64,000 nucleotides of DNA from Chamaesiphon sp. (GCA_965246715.1 CBDFFH010000020.1:1-64000), one strand, 5' to 3'; positions 1-9,206 are shown, counted from the first letter of the stretch. Translations and numbers: made by a program. Notes: generated by a model not told the origin, from the sequence alone.

Positions 1-55
1 GATCGGAAATAGTAGTTCTGGCTTCTCCCCAGGACGACAGACTTGTTTGACTGGT

Positions 56-372
56 TTAGGACGTGCGAACATCGGGGTCTTCTGCTGGAGGTAAGGGCGA
101 ACGGTAGGGGAGATTGGCACGGATGTAGCGAGGTGGTTTGAACCATAACCCGACAAATTGCCACACGCCTTGAGGGTGAGGGCGATCCAAGTGCCATCGA
201 CGACGACAACAGCGAGGGCGAATATTTGCCAGCCCAGATTGAAGATCTGGATTAAAAATAGATACAGCAGTAAGTCCAAGCCCAATGCAATGATAAATAC
301 ATCGGCAGGGATTCCGGCAATCCCCGGCTTCCGGCTGAGAATGCGGTTGACTCTGATTGGTTCGCGATCCAT
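56..372 (-). pseudogene. Small membrane protein, VirB3-like conjugation protein, one apparent frameshift near 172-176
   Basis: ATG at 372 reads MDREPIRVNRILSRKPGIAGIP...two hydrophobic segments...WIALT; the C-terminus (PQGVWQFVGLWFKPPRYIRANLPYRSPL) lies in the frame of ORF 56..445. Follows a pilin-like gene. Confidence 0.45.
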
Positions 373-628
373 TTTGGAAGGGTAAAGGTAAAAGGGTAAA
401 GCGGCTCGCGCCCGTCGGGTTTCCCGACGCGAAAAGCGGATGCAATCGCGCTGAGGTCTCCTCAGCGTGCGTTGCACCAAGCAGCGAGACAAGACAGGGG
501 AAAGGATGGGTTTACTGATAGCGGTTGGCGGATATGAAGGGCACGCCATAGCCTAATACCTTTACCCTTTACCCCTTCCCCTTTCCCCCACTCCACCAGG
601 ATGTTTACATCTAGTGCAAGATGTAAGA

Positions 629-1241
629 TCAGGCTGCCCCGAAAATCATCCCCATCACCGCATCGATCGCGATGACGACAGCAATTATGTACGATTGGGG
701 CTTGGATGACTTCTTGCAGTTCGGCGCGTTCTCTGGTTTTGTCGTAAGCATCTTTAATGCCGAAGATAAAGGCAATGGCAAATGCGACTTTGATGAAGTT
801 AATTACAAAGGTTGCAAAGCCAGCTAGCGCGGCATTAGTAACACCTAACCCCGTTCCGCTGAGTAAGTTGGTAATTGCTGTCGTTCCTGAAGGCGTGATA
901 ATTAAGGCATGAGCGGGATCTGTCATGCAGGTAATTAGGAATAAGCTACCTAAAATTGAGATTCCAGCAACCAGTAATGACAAATGTTGAGGTGGCCCTT
1001 GATGCGGCGAAAGTTATACCAAAGTTTCTCCTGCCGTGCGGTTGGAAAAGATCGAATAGGTGCCGAGAATACCCGTCCACGCCAGCGTAACCAGTAACGA
1101 ACTAGTCCCGAATTTGAACATCCAATCAGCCGCGATGCCAACTGTTACGATCGACAGCCAAAAATCGATGGAAAATGAGTAATAGATACGATCGAGTAAG
1201 CTAGATTTAGGGTTATGTTTGTGGTGATTATATTTAGTCAT
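629..1241 (-). pseudogene. Pilin/VirB2-like membrane protein, apparently split by several indels
   Basis: Pieces 1014..1241, 950..1141 and 462..983 join into one hydrophobic protein with a PAHA cleavage-like motif; a frame change near 690 gives a hydrophobic tail IIAVVIAIDAVMGMIFGAA* ending at 629. Confidence 0.4.
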
Positions 1242-1465
1242 GATGATGCTCGCGCTCGGTTTTTTGGATCTAGCGAATAGTTGTTTTTATATGTAAGGGT
1301 AAAAAGCTAATTTACCGGAGGGCGGGCGGAAAGCCCCCCGACTTCAGTTAACACACCCATATAAATAATCATACACAACAACAACAAGGATACCATAGGT
1401 ATCCCTTTAAAATACTCAATCAATATAGTCACATACCTTTTTGGAAAACGTGTATAATGTAGACT

Positions 1466-2575
1466 ATGTTAGTTCAAAAAGGTCAAGTATCCAACTCTAA
1501 TCGTCCAATCTGGCTGGTGCTAGATGATAGCTACCAGCCTATCGAACCCATTCTGGCGTACCTACGCTATCTCGACAGCTTAGAGAAATCGCCCAATACA
1601 GTCAGATCCTATGCCTATAACCTCAAACTTTACTGGGAGTTCTTGAATGATCAACATCTCAACTGGGAGGATGTCAATTTAGAACAGTTGGCAGACTTCA
1701 TCCACTGGCTCCGAAATGCTCAACCAGCGGGTGTAATCTCCATTCAGCCTCAAGTATCCAAGCGAACGGAGAAGACCATCAACCACGCTCTAAATACTGT
1801 CTCGATGTTCTATGAGTTTCACCTGCGAATAGGGGATGTTAAGGAGGTTAAAACTCATACCTACCAAGTACAACCAGGGCGGAAATTTAGACCATTCCTG
1901 CACCACATCAGCAAAGGGAGAGAAGTCAAAACCCGATTGCTGAAAATTAAAGAACCAAAGACTTTCCCTGGCTGCTTAACTGCCGAGCAGGTCAAACAAC
2001 TCATTGCGGGTTGCTATCGAATTAGAGATAAGTTCCTCATCTGTTTGCTGTATGAAACTGGAATGCGGATAGGAGAGTTGTTAGGACTGCGCCATGAGGA
2101 TATTCGCTCTCAGGGTGTGAATGAGATTCATGTTGTACCCAGACTAGATAACATTAATAGCAGCCGTGCTAAGGCAGGAGAACAGCGGGTAATTCATGTA
2201 TCAAAGGAGCTACTAAAACTTTATTCAAGTTACTTAATTGAGGAATATCCAGAAGATGTAGATTGTGATTACGTCTTCGTCAATTGTTGGGATGGAGAAA
2301 TAGGACAAGCAATGCGTTATAGCTCTGTAGAAGGGTTATTTCAGCGGTTAGAGAAGAAGACTGGTATCAAAGCAAACCCGCACCTATTCAGGCATACTCA
2401 CGCCACTGAGTTAATTAGGTCTGGGTGGGACATGTCATATGTTCAAAAAAGGTTAGGTCACAGTAACATCCAGACCACGATTAATACTTATGTTCATTTA
2501 ACTGAACAAGATCTACGAACAGAGTATGACAAATATTTAGAGACTAGGGAGAATAAGCATGAACCCCAAGATTAG
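1466..2575 (+). CDS. tnpA: Tyrosine recombinase, Tn554 TnpA-like
   Basis: N-terminal SAM-like domain (SPNTVRSYAYNL); catalytic motifs ETGMRIGE, HLFRHTHAT, LGHSNIQTTINTY. Confidence 0.9.
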   Translation: MLVQKGQVSNSNRPIWLVLDDSYQPIEPILAYLRYLDSLEKSPNTVRSYAYNLKLYWEFLNDQHLNWEDVNLEQLADFIHWLRNAQPAGVISIQPQVSKRTEKTINHALNTVSMFYEFHLRIGDVKEVKTHTYQVQPGRKFRPFLHHISKGREVKTRLLKIKEPKTFPGCLTAEQVKQLIAGCYRIRDKFLICLLYETGMRIGELLGLRHEDIRSQGVNEIHVVPRLDNINSSRAKAGEQRVIHVSKELLKLYSSYLIEEYPEDVDCDYVFVNCWDGEIGQAMRYSSVEGLFQRLEKKTGIKANPHLFRHTHATELIRSGWDMSYVQKRLGHSNIQTTINTYVHLTEQDLRTEYDKYLETRENKHEPQD

Positions 2576-4142
2576 ACAGGAAGAACAAGAGCAGGTTGAG
2601 CTTAAATTAGTTCAGCCGACTCAGATTAATTGCCCTAGATGCGGAGGTGATAATTATTCCAAAAGGTGTCCAACAAAGGCTGGTACTCAACAATATTACT
2701 GTAAAGTTTGCAAGATTAAATTTATTCAGTTTTCTGACAAAAATTTGCTCAGAAGTGATGACGTGTGGTTTGCAGAGGATCTAGGCTTAAATATTCATCC
2801 TCATAGGCAAAATCATGGGACTAAATTTAACTTTCAACAGATCAGGCAAGAATGGTTAAAAAAAGTTGTTAAAAAATTTATTAGGTATAAGGCTAGTATT
2901 CAACTAAGCTTTGATACCCTGCAAACATATTTGACAGACTTAAATCATTTTTCATTATTTTTGATGAAAAATTATTCTATCAATCGGGCTGAAGATATAG
3001 ATCGTTCTGTTATCATAAAATACTTAGAATACAGTAGTCAAAACAAATTAACTCCAAAGACTCAAGGTTCTCGTATTTCTACGTTAGCATCCTTACTTGA
3101 AACTGGGGCTGCAAATAATTGGTTTGCACTGGAGCCTTATTTAATTAGAAAAGAAGACTACCCCAAGCGAATTAAAGCCTTACCTCGTTACATCCCTGAT
3201 GATGTAATTCATCAATTAAACCAACATCTAGATAGCTTACCTGAGTCAGTAATGCGAATGGTATTAGTTATTCAAGAGTGTGGTTTAAGGATAGGTGAGC
3301 TATGTCAATTATCATTAGATTGTCTCAAGCAAGATGCTAAGGGTGGGTGGTTTATCCAGTTTATGCGTTGGAAGATGAAATTTGAAACGACTCTTCCAAT
3401 ATCCATTGAACTTGCTGAAGTTATAAAAGAACAGCAATCATATATTCAAGAAAGCTTAGGCAAAGATTATCCATATCTTTTTTGTGCTAATAAAAATGGT
3501 GGGTTTAGTCATGAATTCACTCCCAATCCTAAAGTAATGGGATGCAAGCCGTTTATCAACTATGTAAAACGACTAGCAGACGAATTTGATGTCTGTGACA
3601 GTACTGGTAAGCGTTGGAATTTCCAAACTCATCAGTTTCGTCATACAGTTGGTACAAAGATGATTAATAACGGTGTACCACAGCACATCGTCCAACGTTA
3701 TCTAGGTCATGATTCACCCCACATGACCTCAGTATATGCTCATATTCATGATGCAACCCTTAGAAAGCAGATCGACAAATATTTAGATACTAAAGTTATC
3801 AATATTAATGGTGAGGTGGTTGAATCAATTACGTCAGAATTAGATACAGATTCTAAGCTCCAGTGGATGAAGAAAAAAGTCTTAGCAGAAACTTTACCTA
3901 ATGGTTATTGCGGCTTACCCGCTCAACTAACTTGTAGTAAAGGCAATGCCTGTCTAACCTGTAGCGACTTCCGCACTACTGTAGAATTTATCGACCAGCA
4001 TAAGCAGCAACTAGAAAGAACTAATCAAGTATTAGAAGTAGTTCAAGCCAATGGTTGGGAGCGACAAATACAAGTCAACCAAGATGTTAAAACCAGTCTA
4101 GAAAAAATCATTACTACTCTGGAGGCAAATCAAGATGCCTAA
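2559..4142 (+). CDS. tnpB: Tyrosine recombinase, Tn554 TnpB-like, with N-terminal zinc ribbon
   Basis: CPRC...CKVC ribbon; ECGLRIGE, HQFRHTVGT, LGHDSPHMTSVY; Cys-rich C-terminal LPNGYC...CLTC motif; overlaps tnpA. Confidence 0.9.
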   Translation: MNPKIRQEEQEQVELKLVQPTQINCPRCGGDNYSKRCPTKAGTQQYYCKVCKIKFIQFSDKNLLRSDDVWFAEDLGLNIHPHRQNHGTKFNFQQIRQEWLKKVVKKFIRYKASIQLSFDTLQTYLTDLNHFSLFLMKNYSINRAEDIDRSVIIKYLEYSSQNKLTPKTQGSRISTLASLLETGAANNWFALEPYLIRKEDYPKRIKALPRYIPDDVIHQLNQHLDSLPESVMRMVLVIQECGLRIGELCQLSLDCLKQDAKGGWFIQFMRWKMKFETTLPISIELAEVIKEQQSYIQESLGKDYPYLFCANKNGGFSHEFTPNPKVMGCKPFINYVKRLADEFDVCDSTGKRWNFQTHQFRHTVGTKMINNGVPQHIVQRYLGHDSPHMTSVYAHIHDATLRKQIDKYLDTKVININGEVVESITSELDTDSKLQWMKKKVLAETLPNGYCGLPAQLTCSKGNACLTCSDFRTTVEFIDQHKQQLERTNQVLEVVQANGWERQIQVNQDVKTSLEKIITTLEANQDA

Positions 4143-5001
4143 AGAAGATGGCAAGGATATCAGAATAGCGGCTCTTAAAAATGCTGCGGTGGCAAAACAA
4201 CAACGAGCCGCTGAGGGGTTAGATAAAGCTATCAATAAACTCATCAAGAGTAATGAGCCGATGAGCTTTGCTAATGTAGCGAGAGAAGCTGGTGTATCAA
4301 TCAGTTACTTGTATAAGTACCCAGAGGTTAAAGCAAGAGTTTTAGAGCTAAGACAACAGCAACAACAGGTAGGTAAACCAAATAAAATACAAACTGCTTC
4401 TGATGCTTCTAAAGCTGTAATTATTAATGAGTTGAGAGAGAGAATTAAGAAACTTGAAGCAGATCTAACTGGACTACGCAAAGCAAATGAGGGGATGGCG
4501 GGAAGACTTTACCAACTCCATGATATGCAAGTCATGGTGGAAAGACTCAAGGCAGAGAATGAAGACCTAAAAAAACGAGTAGCTGAACAGGTGAAAACAT
4601 CTGATGATCTAGACCCTAACTCAATATCTGGCAGCAATGTTACATCGATTACTCAGAGATCTAAATCATCTGTCAGTGATGCAATCAAAGCCGAACTGGA
4701 GCAATTAAATATTCCACTTAACAGTACCCTGACTAAAAGAATTAAAGCCGTGACAGAGGAACGAGTTCTAGCTGCTATCACTGCCCTCAAAGATCAACTA
4801 ACTAAAGGTGAGGTTACTAATCCTGGCGGTTGGTTATCAACTGCGATTCAAGATGGGTGGACAGTGGCAGAACCAATTAGCTCATCTCAACCACCACAAA
4901 GAGAGATATTCACCGTGTCAGTCGAACTACAACCGACGACAAAATTAGTCTCCTTGGACAAGCTAAAAACATTAAACAATATTTTCCAGAACGATGATTG
5001 A
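4135..5001 (+). CDS. TnpC-like (DUF6262-type) HTH/coiled-coil protein with an extra C-terminal domain
   Basis: SFANVAREAGVSISYLY HTH then coiled coil, third gene after two recombinases; extra C-terminal region containing NPGGWLSTAIQDGW. Confidence 0.75.
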   Translation: MPKEDGKDIRIAALKNAAVAKQQRAAEGLDKAINKLIKSNEPMSFANVAREAGVSISYLYKYPEVKARVLELRQQQQQVGKPNKIQTASDASKAVIINELRERIKKLEADLTGLRKANEGMAGRLYQLHDMQVMVERLKAENEDLKKRVAEQVKTSDDLDPNSISGSNVTSITQRSKSSVSDAIKAELEQLNIPLNSTLTKRIKAVTEERVLAAITALKDQLTKGEVTNPGGWLSTAIQDGWTVAEPISSSQPPQREIFTVSVELQPTTKLVSLDKLKTLNNIFQNDD

Positions 5002-6301
5002 TAAGTTACCGCCACTGAATATTGAAGTTGAAGAAAACATTTTAGGTGGAGTTCTATTAGATCCTCATGCCATCTTGCGAGTTGTAGATATTCTCAGTCC
5101 TGAAGCTTTCTATATTGAATCGCATCAAGTCATCTATCAAGCGATATTAGACCTTTACGCACAGCAAAAGCCAACGGATATGTTGGCTGTTAGCAGTTGG
5201 CTCAAAGACCATAAGCTGTTAAAGAAGACAGGTGGGGAAGCTAAATTAGTTCAACTGTTAGAACGGACGGTTAGTGCTGTTAACATCGACCATTTAGCAC
5301 GTCTCGTTCAGGAGAAGTACCAACGTCGTCAACTAATTGCCACTACTCAATCGATTACCGATCTGGCTTATGATACTGCCACTCCAATCGATTCAGTGAT
5401 GGAACAAGCGGAGGAAAAGATATTCAACATCAGTACCAATAAAGCAGATCGCTTTAAACCAGAAACTATTGAAAGTTGTCTGATTGATGTGTTCAATCAA
5501 ATTAGTCAAGATTCACCACCTCTATACCCGACCGGATTAAGAGATCTAGATGGAATGATTGGGGGCTTAGTCAAGCAAGATCTGATTGTGATTGGTGCCA
5601 GGGCTTCGATGGGTAAAACTTGGCTGGGGTGTTATCTGGCTAATTATATTGCGACTACTCAACAGCAGCCTGTGGTCTTCTTCAGTGCGGAGATGTCTAA
5701 GTCTCAATTAACTAAGCGGTTCTTGGCGATGCACTCTGGTATTGACTCTCAGCGGTTAATTAGGAATGAAGTCTATGAGCATGAATACGAGGCTTTAATA
5801 GCTGGGTTGGAAAAGCTAAAGCAATCACCGTTAATTATTGACGATACTCCCGCCAGCATTCAAAATCCTTCACGGATGCGCTCTGTACTGCGACGGGTTA
5901 AGTCCGAGCGCGGTGGGTTGGGCTTGGTGGTGATGGATTACATTCAAAAGTTGGGAGATAGAGCCGCAGGTAATCGAGCGCAAGCAGTGGGTAAACTCTC
6001 TGGAGCATTTAAGGATATTGCCAAGGAGTTTGATGTCCCTTTCGTGGCTTTGGCACAGGTTAATAGGGGTGTAGAGAGTCAGTCTAACAAGCGTCCTGGG
6101 ATGGCTGATATTAAAGATAGCGGCGATATTGAACAAGACATGGATGTTGGACTGTTACTGTATCGAGAGGAGTACTATGACGCTCAGACGGCGGCTAGGG
6201 GGTTGATGGAGATTAATGTGGCTAAGAATCGGAATGGTGCTACCGGAACTTGTCAGGTAGCATTTGAGCCTACTGTGGGTAGTTTCAGTAACAAGGGGTA
6301 G
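4994..6301 (+). CDS. dnaB: Replicative DNA helicase DnaB
   Basis: N-terminal PPLNIEVEENILGGVLL; Walker A GARASMGKT; FSAEMS, MDYIQ, LAQVNR, DIKDSGDIEQD, AKNRNGATG motifs. Confidence 0.95.
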   Translation: MIDKLPPLNIEVEENILGGVLLDPHAILRVVDILSPEAFYIESHQVIYQAILDLYAQQKPTDMLAVSSWLKDHKLLKKTGGEAKLVQLLERTVSAVNIDHLARLVQEKYQRRQLIATTQSITDLAYDTATPIDSVMEQAEEKIFNISTNKADRFKPETIESCLIDVFNQISQDSPPLYPTGLRDLDGMIGGLVKQDLIVIGARASMGKTWLGCYLANYIATTQQQPVVFFSAEMSKSQLTKRFLAMHSGIDSQRLIRNEVYEHEYEALIAGLEKLKQSPLIIDDTPASIQNPSRMRSVLRRVKSERGGLGLVVMDYIQKLGDRAAGNRAQAVGKLSGAFKDIAKEFDVPFVALAQVNRGVESQSNKRPGMADIKDSGDIEQDMDVGLLLYREEYYDAQTAARGLMEINVAKNRNGATGTCQVAFEPTVGSFSNKG

Positions 6302-6491
6302 CCCCGTGCCATAATTAGATTGTCACCTCTCCACGCTGTAGAATTCATTCACAACGTCAAACTATTGATAGTTAATCATTGTAGACGTTATGGGTGAGAT
6401 AACTTCAGGCGTGGGGATGAACGCTGTCGCGGCTTTAGCCGCCTTGGAACGATTCCGCTGCTTTCGCAGCAGTATGCGCTAAAGATAGCAC

Positions 6492-6601
6492 TAGTACTGG
6501 GCGGCTAAAATAGGGTTACTATTTGTTCGGGGGTTGGTAATTGGTAGTTGGCAGTTAGCAGTCTCGTTAAATAGTGTCCTCATTTACGCCGTTGAGTACT
6601 A
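6492..6601. mobile_element. ~110 bp MITE-like element
   Basis: Imperfect terminal inverted repeats AGTACTGGGCGGCTAAAATAGGGTTACTATT / AATAGTGTCCTCATTTACGCCGTTGAGTACT, TA at both ends, no ORF. Confidence 0.55.
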
Positions 6602-6657
6602 GTACTTATCACATTTTATCTAAATTTTTCTGGATAAAATTACGCTAACATAGCTTT

Positions 6658-7884
6658 ATGATAGTTAGAGAAGCCAAGCTAAAACACGGTACAGCAAAGC
6701 AATATTCTGCCATTGATGAAGCCATCCGAACAGCCCAGTTCATTCGGAACAAAGCCGTTCGCTATTGGATGGACAATCAAGGTACGAGTAAAGCCGATTT
6801 GTACAGCATTTGCAAGGACTTGGCTAAAGAGTTTGGCTTTGCTAAAAAGCTTAACTCTGCTGCTCGTCAGGCTAGTGCTGAACGTGCTTGGGCTGCTATC
6901 TCTAGTTTCTATGCTCGATGCAAAAAAGGCATAGGCAAGAAAGGTTTTCCTAGGTTTAAAAAACATTGTCGCTCTGTTGAGTATAAAGTTTCGGGCTGGA
7001 AACTATCGGATGATTGCAAATCAATTGCATTCACAGATGGTTTTGAAATCGGAACATTGTCAATATTTTGCAACAATGAAACACAGGAAGACTTGCACAG
7101 GCTAAAAATTAATCGTGTGCGGATCGTGCGGAGAGCAGACGGGTATTATGCCCAATTCTGTTTTGATGCCGATCGTAAAGAGCAAGGGAAATATTCAGGC
7201 AATGTTGTCGGATTGGATCTAGGGCTGAAGTTTTTCACCAAAGACCAAAATGATAATGCTGTGATATATCCGCAGTTCTTGAGAAAAGCCGAAAAGCAAC
7301 TCCAGAAAACTCAACGCCGATTAAGTAAGAAATTTGTAAAAGGTGCTAAACCTCAATCAAACAACTACCACAAGGCACGGAAACGACTAGGAAGAGTTCA
7401 TCTCAAAATTCAACGCCAGCGGAAAGATTGGGCGATTAAGCAAGCCCGAAACGTAGTGATATCTAACGATGTCGTGGTGTATGAAAATTTGCAGATTGCG
7501 AACATGGTCAAAAATCATCATTTGGCTAAGTCTATTTCGGATGCTGGTTGGTATCAGTACACTCAATGGTTAGACTACTACGGCAAGATTTGGGATAAGG
7601 CAGTTGTGGCAGTATCGCCTAACTACACCTCCCAAGATTGCTCTAATTGCGGTCATCGAGTGAAAAAGTCTCTTAGTACTAGAACTCACTCATGTCCTAG
7701 TTGCAAAATTGAGATTTGTCGCGACACGAATGCGGCTTTGAATATCTTGCATAAAGGATCGAACATTCTTGGTATTGAGTGGAACAAAAACGGTACCTCT
7801 GGGCAAGAGGAATCCGCCGAGCAAGCTCCCTTCGGGAAGGCTTCGCCAACGGAAAAAGCCTGGGGAGAAGACCACCGCTGCTGA
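6658..7884 (+). CDS. tnpB: RNA-guided endonuclease TnpB (IS200/IS605 family)
   Basis: RuvC-I GLDLGL, RuvC-II VVYENL, zinc finger CSNC...CPSC, RuvC-III RDTNAALNI. Confidence 0.95.
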   Translation: MIVREAKLKHGTAKQYSAIDEAIRTAQFIRNKAVRYWMDNQGTSKADLYSICKDLAKEFGFAKKLNSAARQASAERAWAAISSFYARCKKGIGKKGFPRFKKHCRSVEYKVSGWKLSDDCKSIAFTDGFEIGTLSIFCNNETQEDLHRLKINRVRIVRRADGYYAQFCFDADRKEQGKYSGNVVGLDLGLKFFTKDQNDNAVIYPQFLRKAEKQLQKTQRRLSKKFVKGAKPQSNNYHKARKRLGRVHLKIQRQRKDWAIKQARNVVISNDVVVYENLQIANMVKNHHLAKSISDAGWYQYTQWLDYYGKIWDKAVVAVSPNYTSQDCSNCGHRVKKSLSTRTHSCPSCKIEICRDTNAALNILHKGSNILGIEWNKNGTSGQEESAEQAPFGKASPTEKAWGEDHRC

Positions 7885-8018
7885 TGAGAAGCAATTTAAT
7901 TCAGTAAGTGGACTTCGATGAGCTAGGAATAAGAATCCCCTGCTTTAACAAATCGAACTGCTTGCGGTGAGAGAGTGAAAGTATGGGGAGCATGTCAAGA
8001 AAATATTAGTTCGCCCTG
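7800..8018 (+). ncRNA. Putative TnpB omega/reRNA (scaffold to 7998, guide from flank)
   Basis: Inferred from the known overlap of the reRNA with the tnpB 3' end and right end; 5' boundary is a guess. Confidence 0.5.
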
Positions 8019-8483
8019 CTGGTGAAGCTGCCACATTGGAGGCTGAGTATCGATCGTCAATGGCATGACTATGGCTGGTTTAAGTAGTTGGATATTCAGA
8101 TAATCGGGTGTGTAATTATGTCCCTCAAAGATCCAACTGGCGATCGTGTAAGCATGTGAGTCGATATATCTACGCTTGACAGGCACGAGATAGGTGCAGT
8201 TACCAGCATCGAATACCCAGTAATTTCCGCGACGATTGGCTTGGGCTAGAATGACATTCTTGGCTTCAATTCCCCAATTAGAATAGATCGAGTCTTTAGT
8301 GACACTCGCCATCCTAATTTGATATTCGATCGCAAATTTAGTGGAATTCTGAGAATATGCTGCAACTATTTCTTGCTGTGTTTGAGTTGATAACGACCTC
8401 TGGAGCGAAATTAGATCTGACTCAATTGGAACGTGCCCTAGTGAGGAATTGCAGCTTGGATAAGCAGACTGTGGTTGTGACAT
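7995..8483 (-). CDS. Hypothetical protein
   Basis: 162 aa ORF; stop codon supplied by the IS right end; C-terminal LLKPAIV...WQLHQQGELIF. Confidence 0.65.
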   Translation of the reverse strand: MSQPQSAYPSCNSSLGHVPIESDLISLQRSLSTQTQQEIVAAYSQNSTKFAIEYQIRMASVTKDSIYSNWGIEAKNVILAQANRRGNYWVFDAGNCTYLVPVKRRYIDSHAYTIASWIFEGHNYTPDYLNIQLLKPAIVMPLTIDTQPPMWQLHQQGELIFS

Positions 8484-8597
8484 CTAGATCTAGACGATCG
8501 ATTGGTAATAATACAGGCACGCTTGTCTGGGCTTATCGATATCGTCTCAACATAACTGTGCTAGCTAATAAATGAGATGCGCTATCCGGCTGAGATT

Positions 8598-9206
8598 TTA
8601 TAAAAAAATCGAACAGATTTTCTTCGCTTGATGCTGCGATCCCAACTCTCGATGTTCCTTTGCTGTCAATGGCCGACAATTATTCATCAGTTGAGGATTG
8701 CGATCGCTTATTTGTTTGGCTAATTTACCTGCCTGTGTCTGCGTCCAAGCCGGAGTGGGACTCTGCTTGGTAATGACTGTGTTGTACCCCAATAATCCCA
8801 AGATCGCCAAGGTCAAACCCAATAGCAGCCAAGAATGCCAGCTCTGAGCGGGAGCCGCGACACGTCCGGCATCGATGAACCTTTTTTCCAGCGAGGTTAA
8901 TTGATGTCGAACGGTGCTCATGTGGGCTTGCTGGATGGCTAGAGTCTCTAGTAATGGTTTGCTCACTAGCTCGAATTGAGTCTCTAATTTTTTCCCAGCC
9001 AAATCTAGGGATTGAGTCACCGCTTGAGGAATGGCATCTTTAATTTGTTCGATCCGATCGAGCATTCCAGTTACATCGCGGATCGGATCGTCTGCTTGAA
9101 TTTGATAGTTGGCAAACGATCGATTTAAGGCTAACTTGCTGATGGCATGGTTGAGAGCGGTGGTTTGTTCCATCTTGCGTGTAGCGGGTGGGTAAATAAG
9201 TCCCAT
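8598..9206 (-). CDS. Hypothetical single-pass membrane protein
   Basis: Coiled coil then TM segment WLLLGLTLAILGLLGY; co-oriented with transfer-like genes. Confidence 0.65.
   Translation of the reverse strand: MGLIYPPATRKMEQTTALNHAISKLALNRSFANYQIQADDPIRDVTGMLDRIEQIKDAIPQAVTQSLDLAGKKLETQFELVSKPLLETLAIQQAHMSTVRHQLTSLEKRFIDAGRVAAPAQSWHSWLLLGLTLAILGLLGYNTVITKQSPTPAWTQTQAGKLAKQISDRNPQLMNNCRPLTAKEHRELGSQHQAKKICSIFL

Larger units (their letters stand above)
1348..6402 (+). mobile_element. Tn554-like tyrosine-recombinase element (tnpA-tnpB-tnpC plus dnaB)
   Basis: CTTCAG direct repeat at 1342-1347 and 6403-6408; imperfect inverted ends TTAACACACCCATA (1348-1361) and TATGGGTGAGATAA (6389-6402); four overlapping co-oriented ORFs inside. 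Confidence 0.85.
1316..7998 (+). mobile_element. IS200/IS605-family tnpB-only element, left end interrupted by a Tn554-like element and a MITE
   Basis: TTAC at 1312-1315 precedes a left-end hairpin (AAGCCCCCCGACTTCAG|GCGTGGGGATGA, split between 1331-1347 and 6409-6420); right end GAATCCCC...TGGGGAGCATGTCAA ends at 7998; removing 1316-7998 restores ...TTT TCG TAA at the end of ORF 7995..8483. Confidence 0.8.

Noticed and set aside
462..628. C-terminal part of ORF 462..983 as real protein
   Set aside because: It reads through heptamer-like AAGGGGA/AAGGGTA repeats and hairpins after a probable frameshift; the hydrophobic tail ending at 629 is more plausible.
4994..6301. dnaB as the housekeeping chromosomal copy
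   Set aside because: It lies inside defined mobile-element ends and is translationally coupled to tnpC.
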